From: a virus
Taxonomy: Duplodnaviria; Caudoviricetes
Direction: 5' to 3' (one strand)
DNA: 64,000 nt
IMG/VR virus record: IMGVR_UViG_3300029288_000134
Location: 1 to 64,000 of that record
The notes beneath the pieces were generated by a model that was not told the DNA's origin, did no database searches, and saw nothing but the letters and a program-made list of their open reading frames with translations. Made by a program: the position numbers and the translations under genes. This document shows, in pieces, positions 46,259 to 55,912 of this stretch. The first letter of the stretch is position 1, and each line of letters opens with the position of its first letter.

Positions 46259-47238
46259 GGGTATTAGTTACTGGAAATCTTGGTTATCTAGGTAGCGTTG
46301 CAACGAGTATGCTGCACGAGAACAATCACGATGTTCTAGGAATTGATATGGATATATGTGCTATTTATCCCGAACACGAATATGATATTCGCGTTATTGA
46401 TTGGGACAAATATCTGCCATATGTCGATGCTGTTGTTCATCTAGCGGGTGTATCTAATGATCCCGCTTGTGAACTTGATGACTCGCTTACTTACGATATA
46501 AATAATGCGGCAACGATTGTGTTGATAGAGGCGGTAAATAGATGCCCCAATATCAAGAAGTTCGTGTTTGCTAGTTCTGCAAGCGTGTACGGCTCTAGTG
46601 AGGAAGTATCAACAGAGTCATCAAGGCTATCCCCAATTTCTGCTTATGCACTTAGCAAGCGTATGGGGGAACAACGGATACTTGGCTATCTAGACGGGCG
46701 CATTCGACCAACCATACTAAGACTCGGGACATTATTTGGGAAGTCTATCTATAGGCAAAGGTTCGATCTAGCAATTAACTTAATGGTCAAGGATGCCGTT
46801 CTTAACAATGAGATTAAGGTATATGGTGGCGATCAATGGAGGCCGTTTCTTCACGTTAATGATGCCGCGAGTGCAATTTTATTTGCATTAACAGATAACA
46901 GGATAGTAGATTCAAGTATATATAATGTGGCAATATCCAATATCAAAATAAGCGATCTTGCCGTACTTATTAAAAACAGACTAGATTCTATGGGCTATCA
47001 CGGCATTAATATAAATACATTTTCGCTTGATGATCAGCGTAATTATCGCCTTGATTGTTCACTAATAAAGAGTATTGGATTTGATCCTTTGCACACTATT
47101 GATATGGGGATATGGGAAATGTCTTTACTAATAAAAGATATGGTTACAGGTGGGTACAATCTGGAAGATTCACGATACTACACAATAAAACTATGGAAAA
47201 AGTGGGTGGAGAAATATGGAACGAATCCCGTTCTCTAA
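46255..47238 (+). CDS. NAD-dependent sugar epimerase/dehydratase
   Basis: VTGNLGYLGS, FASSASVYG, YALSK, WRPFLHV. Confidence 0.9.
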   Translation: MRVLVTGNLGYLGSVATSMLHENNHDVLGIDMDICAIYPEHEYDIRVIDWDKYLPYVDAVVHLAGVSNDPACELDDSLTYDINNAATIVLIEAVNRCPNIKKFVFASSASVYGSSEEVSTESSRLSPISAYALSKRMGEQRILGYLDGRIRPTILRLGTLFGKSIYRQRFDLAINLMVKDAVLNNEIKVYGGDQWRPFLHVNDAASAILFALTDNRIVDSSIYNVAISNIKISDLAVLIKNRLDSMGYHGININTFSLDDQRNYRLDCSLIKSIGFDPLHTIDMGIWEMSLLIKDMVTGGYNLEDSRYYTIKLWKKWVEKYGTNPVL

Positions 47239-48328
47239 ACCATCTATAAATCAAGATGACATAGACGCCGTATCTGATGTCATGCGCTCGGGATGGCTGA
47301 CAATAGGTAACGAAGTAGCTTCTTTCGAGCAAGAGCTTGCAGAACGACTTGGTGTCGAGTATGTGATATGCGTAGACTCATGTACGTCTGCCCTGACCCT
47401 AGCTATAGAATCATACATGCCATTTTCTGGTAAGATATGTATTCCAGCATTGTCATTTATAGCAACAGCAAACACTGTAGTAAAAGCTGGCGGCGAGAAT
47501 AACTTAGTGTTTTGTGATGTTGGTTGTGATGGCAATATTAACCCTAACAAAATACCAAAAGATGCGGAGATTGTTATTCCGGTTCACTATGCTGGCCAAC
47601 CATGTAATATGGATGATATTGTTTTTGGAAGAACAGTGATAGAGGATGCCGCACATGCATTCGGCGCAACGTACAACAACGCCATAGTTGGCGCTGCTAG
47701 TTACCGTGATTATCAAACTACATGCTGTTTTTCATTTTACCCCACCAAGCCAATGACTACAGGGGAAGGCGGGTGTATTACTACTAATTATGAACGAATA
47801 GCTAATTATGCAAGAAGCATGTCGTTGCACGGACTAAGTGCTGGTCATGCGAATAGGTACGAGAGATCAAGCAGAAATCATCCAGTCGTTGAGCAACGTC
47901 CTGGTTACAAAATGAATATGACTAACATCGCAGCGGCCCTTGGGAGACAACAGCTTAAACGACTCGATTACATGCTTGCGGCGCGTAGAAAAATAGTTGC
48001 ACGTTACCAGGACGAATTATGGAGCACGGTAGAGTGTCTGCCATTTGCTGACTTCACAGGTCACGCATGGCATATCTTTGTAATCCTAGTAGATAACCGA
48101 GATGATGTTGCACAGAAACTTGACAGTCTCGGGATTGGAACTGGTGTGCATTATAATCCACCGTTACATCTTCATCCTTGGTATCAGAAAAAATATGGGC
48201 ACGTTACAGGAGATTTTCCTGTTGCGGAAAGGATTGCAAAACGATGTCTTAGCTTGCCACTATTCCCAGATATGACAGATCAACAAGTAGAACGAGTAAT
48301 TAAAGCAGTAAAATCAATTGTTGGCTAA
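47216..48328 (+). CDS. DegT/DnrJ/EryC1/StrS sugar aminotransferase
   Basis: SCTSAL, EDAAHAFGA, SFYPTKPMTTGEGG (PLP Lys), LSLPLFP. Confidence 0.93.
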   Translation: MERIPFSKPSINQDDIDAVSDVMRSGWLTIGNEVASFEQELAERLGVEYVICVDSCTSALTLAIESYMPFSGKICIPALSFIATANTVVKAGGENNLVFCDVGCDGNINPNKIPKDAEIVIPVHYAGQPCNMDDIVFGRTVIEDAAHAFGATYNNAIVGAASYRDYQTTCCFSFYPTKPMTTGEGGCITTNYERIANYARSMSLHGLSAGHANRYERSSRNHPVVEQRPGYKMNMTNIAAALGRQQLKRLDYMLAARRKIVARYQDELWSTVECLPFADFTGHAWHIFVILVDNRDDVAQKLDSLGIGTGVHYNPPLHLHPWYQKKYGHVTGDFPVAERIAKRCLSLPLFPDMTDQQVERVIKAVKSIVG

Positions 48329-48389
48329 GTATAATTGTTCTGACAACGATTATACTTTCAATGCAAAAAGTATAATTTAGGGAGGACAC

Positions 48390-49259
48390 ATGAAGGTATA
48401 TGCCGAGATAGAAGAAGTATTAGGCATTGGATTACATCGTGTACAGTATGAAATCAAGCATCACGCACCGCCTGGAATTGAGTTTGTTGACAACATAGAA
48501 GAAGCAGACTTGCAGATTGTTCCCGTAATAGGGCTTGGTAGCCTTGAGTTCATCAAGCATCCAAGTCATGTACTGTTACAGTATTGTTACATGACCGCCG
48601 AGAGACAGGATCCCGAGTTCTGGTTGCCCATCTTCCAAGAAGCGAAAATGGTATTCAGCTATTACGATCTTCCGAGCTATGTAGGATCTAGCGATTTCAA
48701 CTTCTTGCACTCTCCGCTCGGAGTTGATATGGAAGTGTTTCAAGATCGCAAGTTGTCAATAGTTCCAAGGGACTTTATTGTTGCAACTTCTGGATACGAG
48801 CCATTTGGCGAGGCTATTAAGGAATGCTATCAAGCTGCGCGTATCTTAAAGAAAAAGATATTTCACCTTGGTCCAGGTCTAGATCATGATAGATTCCAGC
48901 CGTGGGTAGGCGCTGGCTTTGTTGCGCACAGCGGTATTAGTGACACTGATCTTGCTCGGATGTATAGTAGATCTAAGTATGTTTCTGGCCTACGATTCGG
49001 AGAGGGTTTTGAGTTGCCTGTAATTGAGGGATTTGCTTGTGGTGCTCGACCTATTTGTTTTGACTTGCCCGTATATCGTCAGTGGTTTAATGACTTCGCT
49101 GTATTCGTTCCTCATATAAGAGACGATGATCTGATGTATGCATTGGTAGAGATATTTAATACAGATAGACCAGTAACGGCGGAAGAGTTGCAAATATGCA
49201 AAGAGCGTTTTAGTTGGGATGTGGTAATACAAAAATTCTGGGAGAGGGCGCTAGAATAA
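48390..49259 (+). CDS. GT-B (GT4-like) glycosyltransferase
   Basis: EGFELPVIEGFACGARPI. Confidence 0.8.
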   Translation: MKVYAEIEEVLGIGLHRVQYEIKHHAPPGIEFVDNIEEADLQIVPVIGLGSLEFIKHPSHVLLQYCYMTAERQDPEFWLPIFQEAKMVFSYYDLPSYVGSSDFNFLHSPLGVDMEVFQDRKLSIVPRDFIVATSGYEPFGEAIKECYQAARILKKKIFHLGPGLDHDRFQPWVGAGFVAHSGISDTDLARMYSRSKYVSGLRFGEGFELPVIEGFACGARPICFDLPVYRQWFNDFAVFVPHIRDDDLMYALVEIFNTDRPVTAEELQICKERFSWDVVIQKFWERALE

Positions 49260-50578
49260 TGTCTAAGAAAATCAAAGTATTGTGTTGGTCTGACAGTCCC
49301 GCTGTCACAACAGGGTTTGGTGTTGTGGCAAAAGAATTATATAAAGGTTTTCATGACGCGGGAATGGAAGTTGTTGCAATGGGTACCCTTGCTACGCCGC
49401 TAGTTGACAACAGTAATTTGCCATATCGCGTGATCAATGCCTGTCAACATGATCCAGAGATGTATGAACTTGCTCCTGCGATTGTTAGCATGGAGAAGCC
49501 TGACGTTGTATTTATTCTTGCAGATCCAGGTACGGCATATAACCGAATAGGAAAGTTGTTTTCCGATACACCTGTTGTGGCATACTTTCCCATTGAGGGA
49601 TCGCCCGTATCTACACGTTATCTAGATTTCATTCGAGATGTAATACATCGTGGTGGATCAGCGGTAACATATACGAAATGGGGAGCGGATACAATATCGC
49701 TGTTCTCAGGTGGAATACTCAAGATTCCGTACATCTACCACGGAGTAGATCATGCTGGCTGGAAACCCATAGAGCCTGAATTACGTAAACATATGCGTAA
49801 AGTTGTGGGATGGGACGACAAGTTTGTGGTTACTTTTCGTGGTCGTAACAAGGGCGTAAAAATGCAGTTGTCTCTGATGCACGCAATGCACCAGCTAGTT
49901 CACGTTAAGAAACGAGATGACATCTTGCTATATCTGCATTGTAAGCCGTTCGAAGAATATCTAATGCAGGGCTGGAATTTACTAGAGTGGAAAAAGAATC
50001 TTGGTCTATCAGAGAATCTCTTATTTCCACAGGATATGTATAATCAGCTTGATGGTGTTCCGTTCGACAGTAACAAGATTACCGATTGGAATAATGTTAA
50101 AGTAAGTGATGATCCCAAGGTGCGCGGATTGAATTTCATTGATATGGATTTATGTGAGAGAACAGCACTTGCTGATCTATTTATTGACCCTGCTTCAATA
50201 GAGGGATTTGGATTGCCCGCGCTTGAAGCTGCTGCGTGTGGTGTACCAGTAGCTACAGTAAATGACTCGGGAGTGAGAAGCGAGATATTTGGCGATAATG
50301 CATACTTCATGGAACCCATTACTGAAACTCGCTGGCACACGGGTGCTGCTTTGAAGATTGTGGCTGAGGATACTATCGGTAGCACGATTGAGCTTTTCTC
50401 TAAAAACGAGAAGTTGTGCAAGGAGTATGGTGAGCTTGGCCTAGAAAGAAGCAAGGATTTCAGATGGGATAACGCACGAGAATCCATGACTAAGTTAGTA
50501 GAGCAAGCGTCAGGGAAGAATACCGGACAGGCAATGTGGTTTAATAACCTATTGGGAGGGATGAGTGGGAATCAATAG
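49259..50578 (+). CDS. GT4 glycosyltransferase
   Basis: TGFGVV, YHGVD, EGFGLPALEAAACGVPV; TAATG start. Confidence 0.88.
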   Translation: MSKKIKVLCWSDSPAVTTGFGVVAKELYKGFHDAGMEVVAMGTLATPLVDNSNLPYRVINACQHDPEMYELAPAIVSMEKPDVVFILADPGTAYNRIGKLFSDTPVVAYFPIEGSPVSTRYLDFIRDVIHRGGSAVTYTKWGADTISLFSGGILKIPYIYHGVDHAGWKPIEPELRKHMRKVVGWDDKFVVTFRGRNKGVKMQLSLMHAMHQLVHVKKRDDILLYLHCKPFEEYLMQGWNLLEWKKNLGLSENLLFPQDMYNQLDGVPFDSNKITDWNNVKVSDDPKVRGLNFIDMDLCERTALADLFIDPASIEGFGLPALEAAACGVPVATVNDSGVRSEIFGDNAYFMEPITETRWHTGAALKIVAEDTIGSTIELFSKNEKLCKEYGELGLERSKDFRWDNARESMTKLVEQASGKNTGQAMWFNNLLGGMSGNQ

Positions 50579-50629
50579 TGATGTAAAAGTGTTTGTTGTT
50601 ATTGCTCTTCTATTTATCTTTTTATCTTC

Positions 50630-50863
50630 GTGCTCGTGCATGGTTGCACCAATCACAAGGGGTATGTAGTGGATAATTTCGAGTTCGCTGTACAAGTGGA
50701 AAGTATAATGAAGCTGCTTTTATCTAATGACGTGCAGCGACAACTTGGCACCATGCGTAAAGGTAGAATAGAAATCGTTATTAAGGACGGGATAGCTCAG
50801 TCTATATCCGTAACATCTATGCATCTTTTAGAGAATCTACGCGATTCACTTGACAATTCTTAA
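50630..50863 (+). CDS. Small hypothetical protein
   Basis: RKGRIEIVIKDG pattern; start uncertain. Confidence 0.4.
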   Translation: MLVHGCTNHKGYVVDNFEFAVQVESIMKLLLSNDVQRQLGTMRKGRIEIVIKDGIAQSISVTSMHLLENLRDSLDNS

Positions 50864-50952
50864 ATATAGTATATAGTTGCATTAACAAGTTAATAATGTC
50901 GATCTGACGTATGTCAACGGTCTGGTTCTTTCTCTTGTCTGCCGTGGTGATG

Positions 50953-51001
50953 CGCGGGGTCGTTTACTCTTAATAGAGTAATCGGCCCCGCGTTTTTTTT
51001 T
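50953..51001 (+). terminator. Terminator-like hairpin with T9 in the head-operon leader
   Basis: CGCGGGGTCGTTTACTCT-TAAT-AGAGTAATCGGCCCCGCG-T9. Confidence 0.75.
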
Positions 51002-51018
51002 GTTTCCTGGAGGTATGT

Positions 51019-52488
51019 ATGCCAGAAGTAACTGAGAACTATGTGCATATACCAGTTCGTGGAGATGATCAATTTGTAGAAGGTTCAATTAGAACAATAG
51101 TCATCTCGGCCAGTCAGGGAATAAGGGCCCTGATCGGAAAGTTGAAATCGGATCCACAAGGTTCCACTAAGATCAAAACATACTTGTTCTCAACTGCGAA
51201 GTGGAACATGGAAAAAGCTAAAGCCTGGGTATCCAAGCACAAGCTAGAGGACGTGAATATGGATCAAAACATAGAAGATATTGTAGTTATGGAAGATGTT
51301 TCATACGATGAACTTCAAAATGAAATAATCGCAGCCTGGGAAGAGGGTCAATATACAAGTAATCCTGTTCCCCAAATGAGAGGCGCATATGTAAGTAAAG
51401 TATATAAGGATTATATTATAACTCACCTTGAAGGCAAGCTATACAAGGTTGCCTATAGTAAAAAGGGAGACAAGATAGAATTCAGCGAACCAGAAGAAGT
51501 GGAGATGAAAGTGGAGTATGTTAAGGCGGATATGCCCTTTGATTATGTTGCCTTGATCGAGCTAGAGGAAGATGGTTCCCCTGTTCAGTGGATACAAATG
51601 CACGAAGAGGGGGAATGGGAGCATCCAGAATATGGAACGCTTTCCATGACCAAGAGCAAGATCAATGCAATGATCAAGAACTTCAACGAAAAACTACTTG
51701 GATATGAACCTTCAGGGAACTTGCATCATGACAAGAGTCCTGCTCAGGGATGGGTGAAGGAGCTTGCTTATAAGAACAAGAAACTGATGGGAAAAGTCGA
51801 GTGGACAAAGGAGGGGATTGCAAATATCCGCGATAAACTATACCGATACATTTCCCCAGAATACAAGGAAGATCACGAGGGGAAAGGGGCCTTGTTTGTA
51901 GGATTCGCACTCACCAACAAGCCATTCCTTCCAGGCCAAAAGCCACTGGTATGTTCAATGGATGTACAAACTCAGTTGTTTGAATCAAGATTAGCTACTA
52001 AGAAGGAGTTACAAATGCCCGAGAAAAATACTGTCGTAGAAGATCCGAAGATTACTACGCCGGATCCAGTTGTGCCTGTTGTACCAGTTGTTACTCTTAG
52101 CGCCGAAGACATTGCGGTTTTAAAGATGGAAGCTGCAAAGGTCAAGGTTCTCGAAGAGCAACTTGTCAAGATGGAGTCTGATGCAAAGAAAGCAGAGATC
52201 GCTGCAATGTGCGATAAGGCTGCTAGTCGTGGCGTTGATCCGTTCACGATTAACAGCGTCAGCGCAATGCTTGTGGCTCTGCAACGTAACGGTGAAGATG
52301 TGGTCATGCTCGAAGAGGGCGCTGCTCCCGTTAATATGTATCGTGCTCTATCTCAATTTTTGCAGAACGTTACTGGGCCAATCAAAACCGAAGAGCAGAC
52401 TCAGATCGACAACGAGAAGCCGAATCTGAATCTTAGCGACGAGGCTGATTACACCCAAGAAGACGTTGATTCGTTCATGAAGGTTTAA
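51019..52488 (+). CDS. Prohead protease/scaffold (Mu gpI-like)
   Basis: GEWEHPEYG, AQGW, VEWT, YRYISPEY, ALTNKPF; coiled-coil C-terminal third. Confidence 0.85.
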   Translation: MPEVTENYVHIPVRGDDQFVEGSIRTIVISASQGIRALIGKLKSDPQGSTKIKTYLFSTAKWNMEKAKAWVSKHKLEDVNMDQNIEDIVVMEDVSYDELQNEIIAAWEEGQYTSNPVPQMRGAYVSKVYKDYIITHLEGKLYKVAYSKKGDKIEFSEPEEVEMKVEYVKADMPFDYVALIELEEDGSPVQWIQMHEEGEWEHPEYGTLSMTKSKINAMIKNFNEKLLGYEPSGNLHHDKSPAQGWVKELAYKNKKLMGKVEWTKEGIANIRDKLYRYISPEYKEDHEGKGALFVGFALTNKPFLPGQKPLVCSMDVQTQLFESRLATKKELQMPEKNTVVEDPKITTPDPVVPVVPVVTLSAEDIAVLKMEAAKVKVLEEQLVKMESDAKKAEIAAMCDKAASRGVDPFTINSVSAMLVALQRNGEDVVMLEEGAAPVNMYRALSQFLQNVTGPIKTEEQTQIDNEKPNLNLSDEADYTQEDVDSFMKV

Positions 52489-52501
52489 GGAGGATATAAC
52501 A

Positions 52502-52891
52502 ATGCCGTACCTGAAAAGTGGGCCAAGCACGCGACGACGTGCATGGTTGGATAGTCTAGCGGCTGTCCGTAGTGATAGTGACACTCTCAGTGGAGACATC
52601 GGCCTTACCGCTGATGCATTTGGAGATAAGTGGGTATACCCCGGTGTAGTTTTGGACTATGTTGATGCTGGTACGTACACTGGCAAATTGATGGTTCGCG
52701 CTTCTGGGTCAACTTATACCGCCAAGGGCATTATGATGGGAACCGAGCCAGTAAACATGAAGCTCGGGGACAAGTTGGTTGGTTACTATACCCATGCCCG
52801 AGTACGAGAAGATCTTGTTGAATGCGAGGGGTCACTTGGTAGCGTTGCTGCTGGTGTAAAGACTTCGCTCGCTAATATCGAGTGGATATAA
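52502..52891 (+). CDS. Head decoration protein (putative)
   Basis: 129 aa between scaffold and capsid (lambda gpD position). Confidence 0.6.
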   Translation: MPYLKSGPSTRRRAWLDSLAAVRSDSDTLSGDIGLTADAFGDKWVYPGVVLDYVDAGTYTGKLMVRASGSTYTAKGIMMGTEPVNMKLGDKLVGYYTHARVREDLVECEGSLGSVAAGVKTSLANIEWI

Positions 52892-52901
52892 GGAGTAGAA
52901 A

Positions 52902-54035
52902 ATGGCATACGATACGTTAGGACTGCGTTTCCTACTGGATGTAGTCAAGAAACTAGATTACAACCGAAGTTATATGGGAACCAACTTTGGTGATCTTGGC
53001 TTACCAGATAATGCAATGCGACAGGGTGGCCCAGGTCTTTTCCCTGTTAAAGATGTAATGTTTGATGAGCTTACGTGGGATGTTATCAGTGCAGAGAATC
53101 AATTGGCAGGTGTATACGCCGTTGATGGTGAGATTAAACCAGGGGATGACCCGAACTACGAAACCCTGTTTGCTGATATTGTTCGCATCGGTTCATCAAG
53201 GATAGTTCCAGAGTCAGCAGTTCGTACCTTGCGTGATCCTGGTATGATTGGGACAGAGAGTGGAATGGTTGCCTCTTTCCGCAAGACTGCTGAACGCAAA
53301 GTTCGAGAACGTCTTGAGTGGTGTAATTCAGAGGTCAATAGTACTATCGAGTACCTATGCATGAACGCCCTTCAGGGCAGCTTGACTTGGCCAGCTACAG
53401 GGCCATCTAACCCACCGGGATATGCTCAGTCAAACTTTACTCTTACCTGGAGCGATGTTACGACTGGTAATATTTCTGATCTTACTGGTGGAACTGCGGT
53501 TGCGTGGAGTACCGTTGCTACTGCTAACGCCATCAACGATCTTGAAGTTATCGCTCAGGCTTTCGCCGATAAAGGCATCCCGGTTGATGGCAATCGTCTA
53601 ACGATGATCTGCTCTAGCAAGGTGTTGTCTTATTTGCGCAAGAGCACTCTTCTTCAAGGCGTGTTGCAGTATACGAATCCGGGGTTCCTGGATATTACCC
53701 AGACCAAGACATTCATTGAGCGCGAGTTTGGCCACACTATTATTCCGTATGATGCTCTTTGGAGTTATCGCACGTATAGTTCTGCTGGCGCGATTACTGA
53801 GAATTGGACTCGGTTCTTGGACGAGAACAAGGTTATCATCTTCCCGAGCTATCTTGCCAATGATCTTGGTGATTTGGCCACGTCACCTTCTATGGCGAAT
53901 GATTGGAATACGGGCAAGTTCACTTTCCGTAAGGAAAACCAGAATCCTTGGAACGTTGAGATTGGCGTTGGTATCAACGCTTTCCCGCGATTCAAGCGCC
54001 CGAATGCAGTTTGTTGCTATACCGTTAATGCATAA
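52902..54035 (+). CDS. Major capsid protein (lambda gpE-like)
   Basis: 377 aa; LFPV, EYLCMNAL, LDENKVII, FPRFKRPNA; followed by a terminator. Confidence 0.85.
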   Translation: MAYDTLGLRFLLDVVKKLDYNRSYMGTNFGDLGLPDNAMRQGGPGLFPVKDVMFDELTWDVISAENQLAGVYAVDGEIKPGDDPNYETLFADIVRIGSSRIVPESAVRTLRDPGMIGTESGMVASFRKTAERKVRERLEWCNSEVNSTIEYLCMNALQGSLTWPATGPSNPPGYAQSNFTLTWSDVTTGNISDLTGGTAVAWSTVATANAINDLEVIAQAFADKGIPVDGNRLTMICSSKVLSYLRKSTLLQGVLQYTNPGFLDITQTKTFIEREFGHTIIPYDALWSYRTYSSAGAITENWTRFLDENKVIIFPSYLANDLGDLATSPSMANDWNTGKFTFRKENQNPWNVEIGVGINAFPRFKRPNAVCCYTVNA

Positions 54036-54038
54036 ATA

Positions 54039-54075
54039 AGCTGCTGGTCGGTATCCAGCGAGAGGACCAGCAGCT
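54039..54075 (+). terminator. Hairpin after capsid gene
   Basis: AGCTGCTGGTC...GACCAGCAGCT. Confidence 0.65.
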
Positions 54076-54088
54076 AGGATTTTTCATT

Positions 54089-54697
54089 ATGGCCTATTGC
54101 ACAAGTTTACAGGTTAGTTACATCCTGCGTGGAATGTTTCCTAACACTGTTGGTTCGCCAACTGGTTTTACTGAATTAACGACTCCTACTCTTACTCAGG
54201 TAGAGAGTTGGATTACACTTGTAGACTCGGAACTAGACATGGCGCTAGCAGAGGCAGGCTACATGCTTCCGCTAGTTGCTATTACTGGCGAGACAATTCC
54301 TGCACAGCAAACAAATCTACTTACTCTAGCATCAATAATGGGCGTTGCGGGAATGGTTATTGATGCACTAAAACCGGCACCAGCCGTAGGCTCAGGATCA
54401 CGTTCTGGCTTTCCTACAGGTACGCGATATTTTAGGGATCGCTTTCTAGAAATTCTAAACAAAATCAGGCGTACTGCCGGGATGGGTATACGTGCAAAGA
54501 CTTATCCTGGAACTCCTGCAAACATTAAGCTCAAGTCTCACCGTGGCCCTATGTCTAGCTTCCGAGAAGGACTAGAGGGAGCTTCAGACAATATGACTCT
54601 TCGAGAGTTCACAGATCTTGTTCAGTTATGGAATTCTGATGTAAAAGATTGGGAGTCTTGGGAATATGACGTGCTTAATGGATGGCAAAATTTCTAA
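54089..54697 (+). CDS. Head-tail adaptor (putative)
   Basis: MAYCT...IDSELD-like motif; position after MCP. Confidence 0.6.
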   Translation: MAYCTSLQVSYILRGMFPNTVGSPTGFTELTTPTLTQVESWITLVDSELDMALAEAGYMLPLVAITGETIPAQQTNLLTLASIMGVAGMVIDALKPAPAVGSGSRSGFPTGTRYFRDRFLEILNKIRRTAGMGIRAKTYPGTPANIKLKSHRGPMSSFREGLEGASDNMTLREFTDLVQLWNSDVKDWESWEYDVLNGWQNF

Positions 54698-54709
54698 TGG
54701 AGACAACTT

Positions 54710-55258
54710 ATGCCGACACCACCTATTAGTGTAGGAATATATGGAAATACAATCAAGGATGGTAGCGGAGATGCACATCTTGTATTAATAGACGCAGACG
54801 GACATGTCCAAGTTGACTTGCTGTCGTCATCTTCAGATCAACTCCCTGCCGCACTTACTGGCAGTGGGAATCTCAAGGTTGCGGTTCAAGAAGCATTGCC
54901 GAGTGGCACTAATACCATCGGCGCAACTAAGGACGCGGGCGTGTCACAGACCGTCACGCGAACATACACCACGGGCGCTGATATGACCACCGCCGCCGCC
55001 ATCACCGCCGCCCCCACTTCCGGACAAAAAATCGTGGCAATGGACATCCTAATATCCACCGATACCGCTATGTCCTTCACCATCCAGGAGGAAACCAGCG
55101 CGACCGTATTCGCCAAGGTTTACCTACCCGCTAACGGTTCGGCGCAGATTACCTTGCGTGGGTATCTGAAGGCGGCTGTGGCTGATAAGAAGCTGATGGG
55201 GAAAGCGTCAGTAGCTGGCAATGTTGCGATTACCGCTGTGTATTTCAGTGAGGCATAA
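54710..55258 (+). CDS. Virion structural/decoration protein
   Basis: Ala/Thr/Gly-rich, beta-strand-like. Confidence 0.55.
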   Translation: MPTPPISVGIYGNTIKDGSGDAHLVLIDADGHVQVDLLSSSSDQLPAALTGSGNLKVAVQEALPSGTNTIGATKDAGVSQTVTRTYTTGADMTTAAAITAAPTSGQKIVAMDILISTDTAMSFTIQEETSATVFAKVYLPANGSAQITLRGYLKAAVADKKLMGKASVAGNVAITAVYFSEA

Positions 55259-55900
55259 ATGCCGACTCTAACCCTGCGCCCAAGCTCCGTAGACGGAATA
55301 GATACTTTTCTATACCAATTTGCCCCAGACGGTGCACATGGGACAGAAACTGGACTACAGCTTTGCTCAAAGGCAAGTGGCAAGGGGCGTTATCCGCTAC
55401 TTAAATTCAATCTCGCGTCACTTGTCGGCGCCACGGTGTTGTCTGCAACGTTGACGCTTACAGAGTCCGGGGCCGGCGTGGCTAGTGACTACAATTTTAG
55501 CGTTCACGCGATTTTAGCCGCTAACGCCGGCTGGGACGAACTGTCCACCTGGAACTACAAGACGCCCTCAACTGTGCGATGGGCCGGTGATGCGGGCGCA
55601 GACGGTGGCGATGACGCGGGCTGCTCGGTAAGTGGCGTTGACTATAACGCTGTACCGATGGGGACGCTTGCGGCAGTCGTGCCACACACGACAGACGAAA
55701 AATACAATATCGCGCTGAACGTGGCACAGTTTCAGGCGATGATAGCGGCGAATTATGGCATGGTACTGGTGATAGCGGAAGATGTGCTAGAGGCGCTTTA
55801 CTCTTCGAATCACGCCACAGAGGCACGGCGGCCATTATTGACCGTGGAATATGTCGCAGCGCACAACATGGTACGCACCCCGTTCTGGGGGAGGTTCTAA
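55259..55900 (+). CDS. DNRLRE-like (carbohydrate-binding-type) domain protein
   Basis: TLTLRP...DTFL...LLKFNLASL.GATVLSATLTL...YSS...RRPLLTVEY. Confidence 0.7.
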   Translation: MPTLTLRPSSVDGIDTFLYQFAPDGAHGTETGLQLCSKASGKGRYPLLKFNLASLVGATVLSATLTLTESGAGVASDYNFSVHAILAANAGWDELSTWNYKTPSTVRWAGDAGADGGDDAGCSVSGVDYNAVPMGTLAAVVPHTTDEKYNIALNVAQFQAMIAANYGMVLVIAEDVLEALYSSNHATEARRPLLTVEYVAAHNMVRTPFWGRF

Positions 55901-55912
55901 TAGGAGAAAGAT

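Noticed and set aside
39494-50578. Glycan cluster as a DNA-hypermodification pathway
   Set aside because: Not excluded, but disfavoured: it lies in the head operon, and no hydroxymethylase, base-modifying enzyme or phage polymerase is seen in the window.
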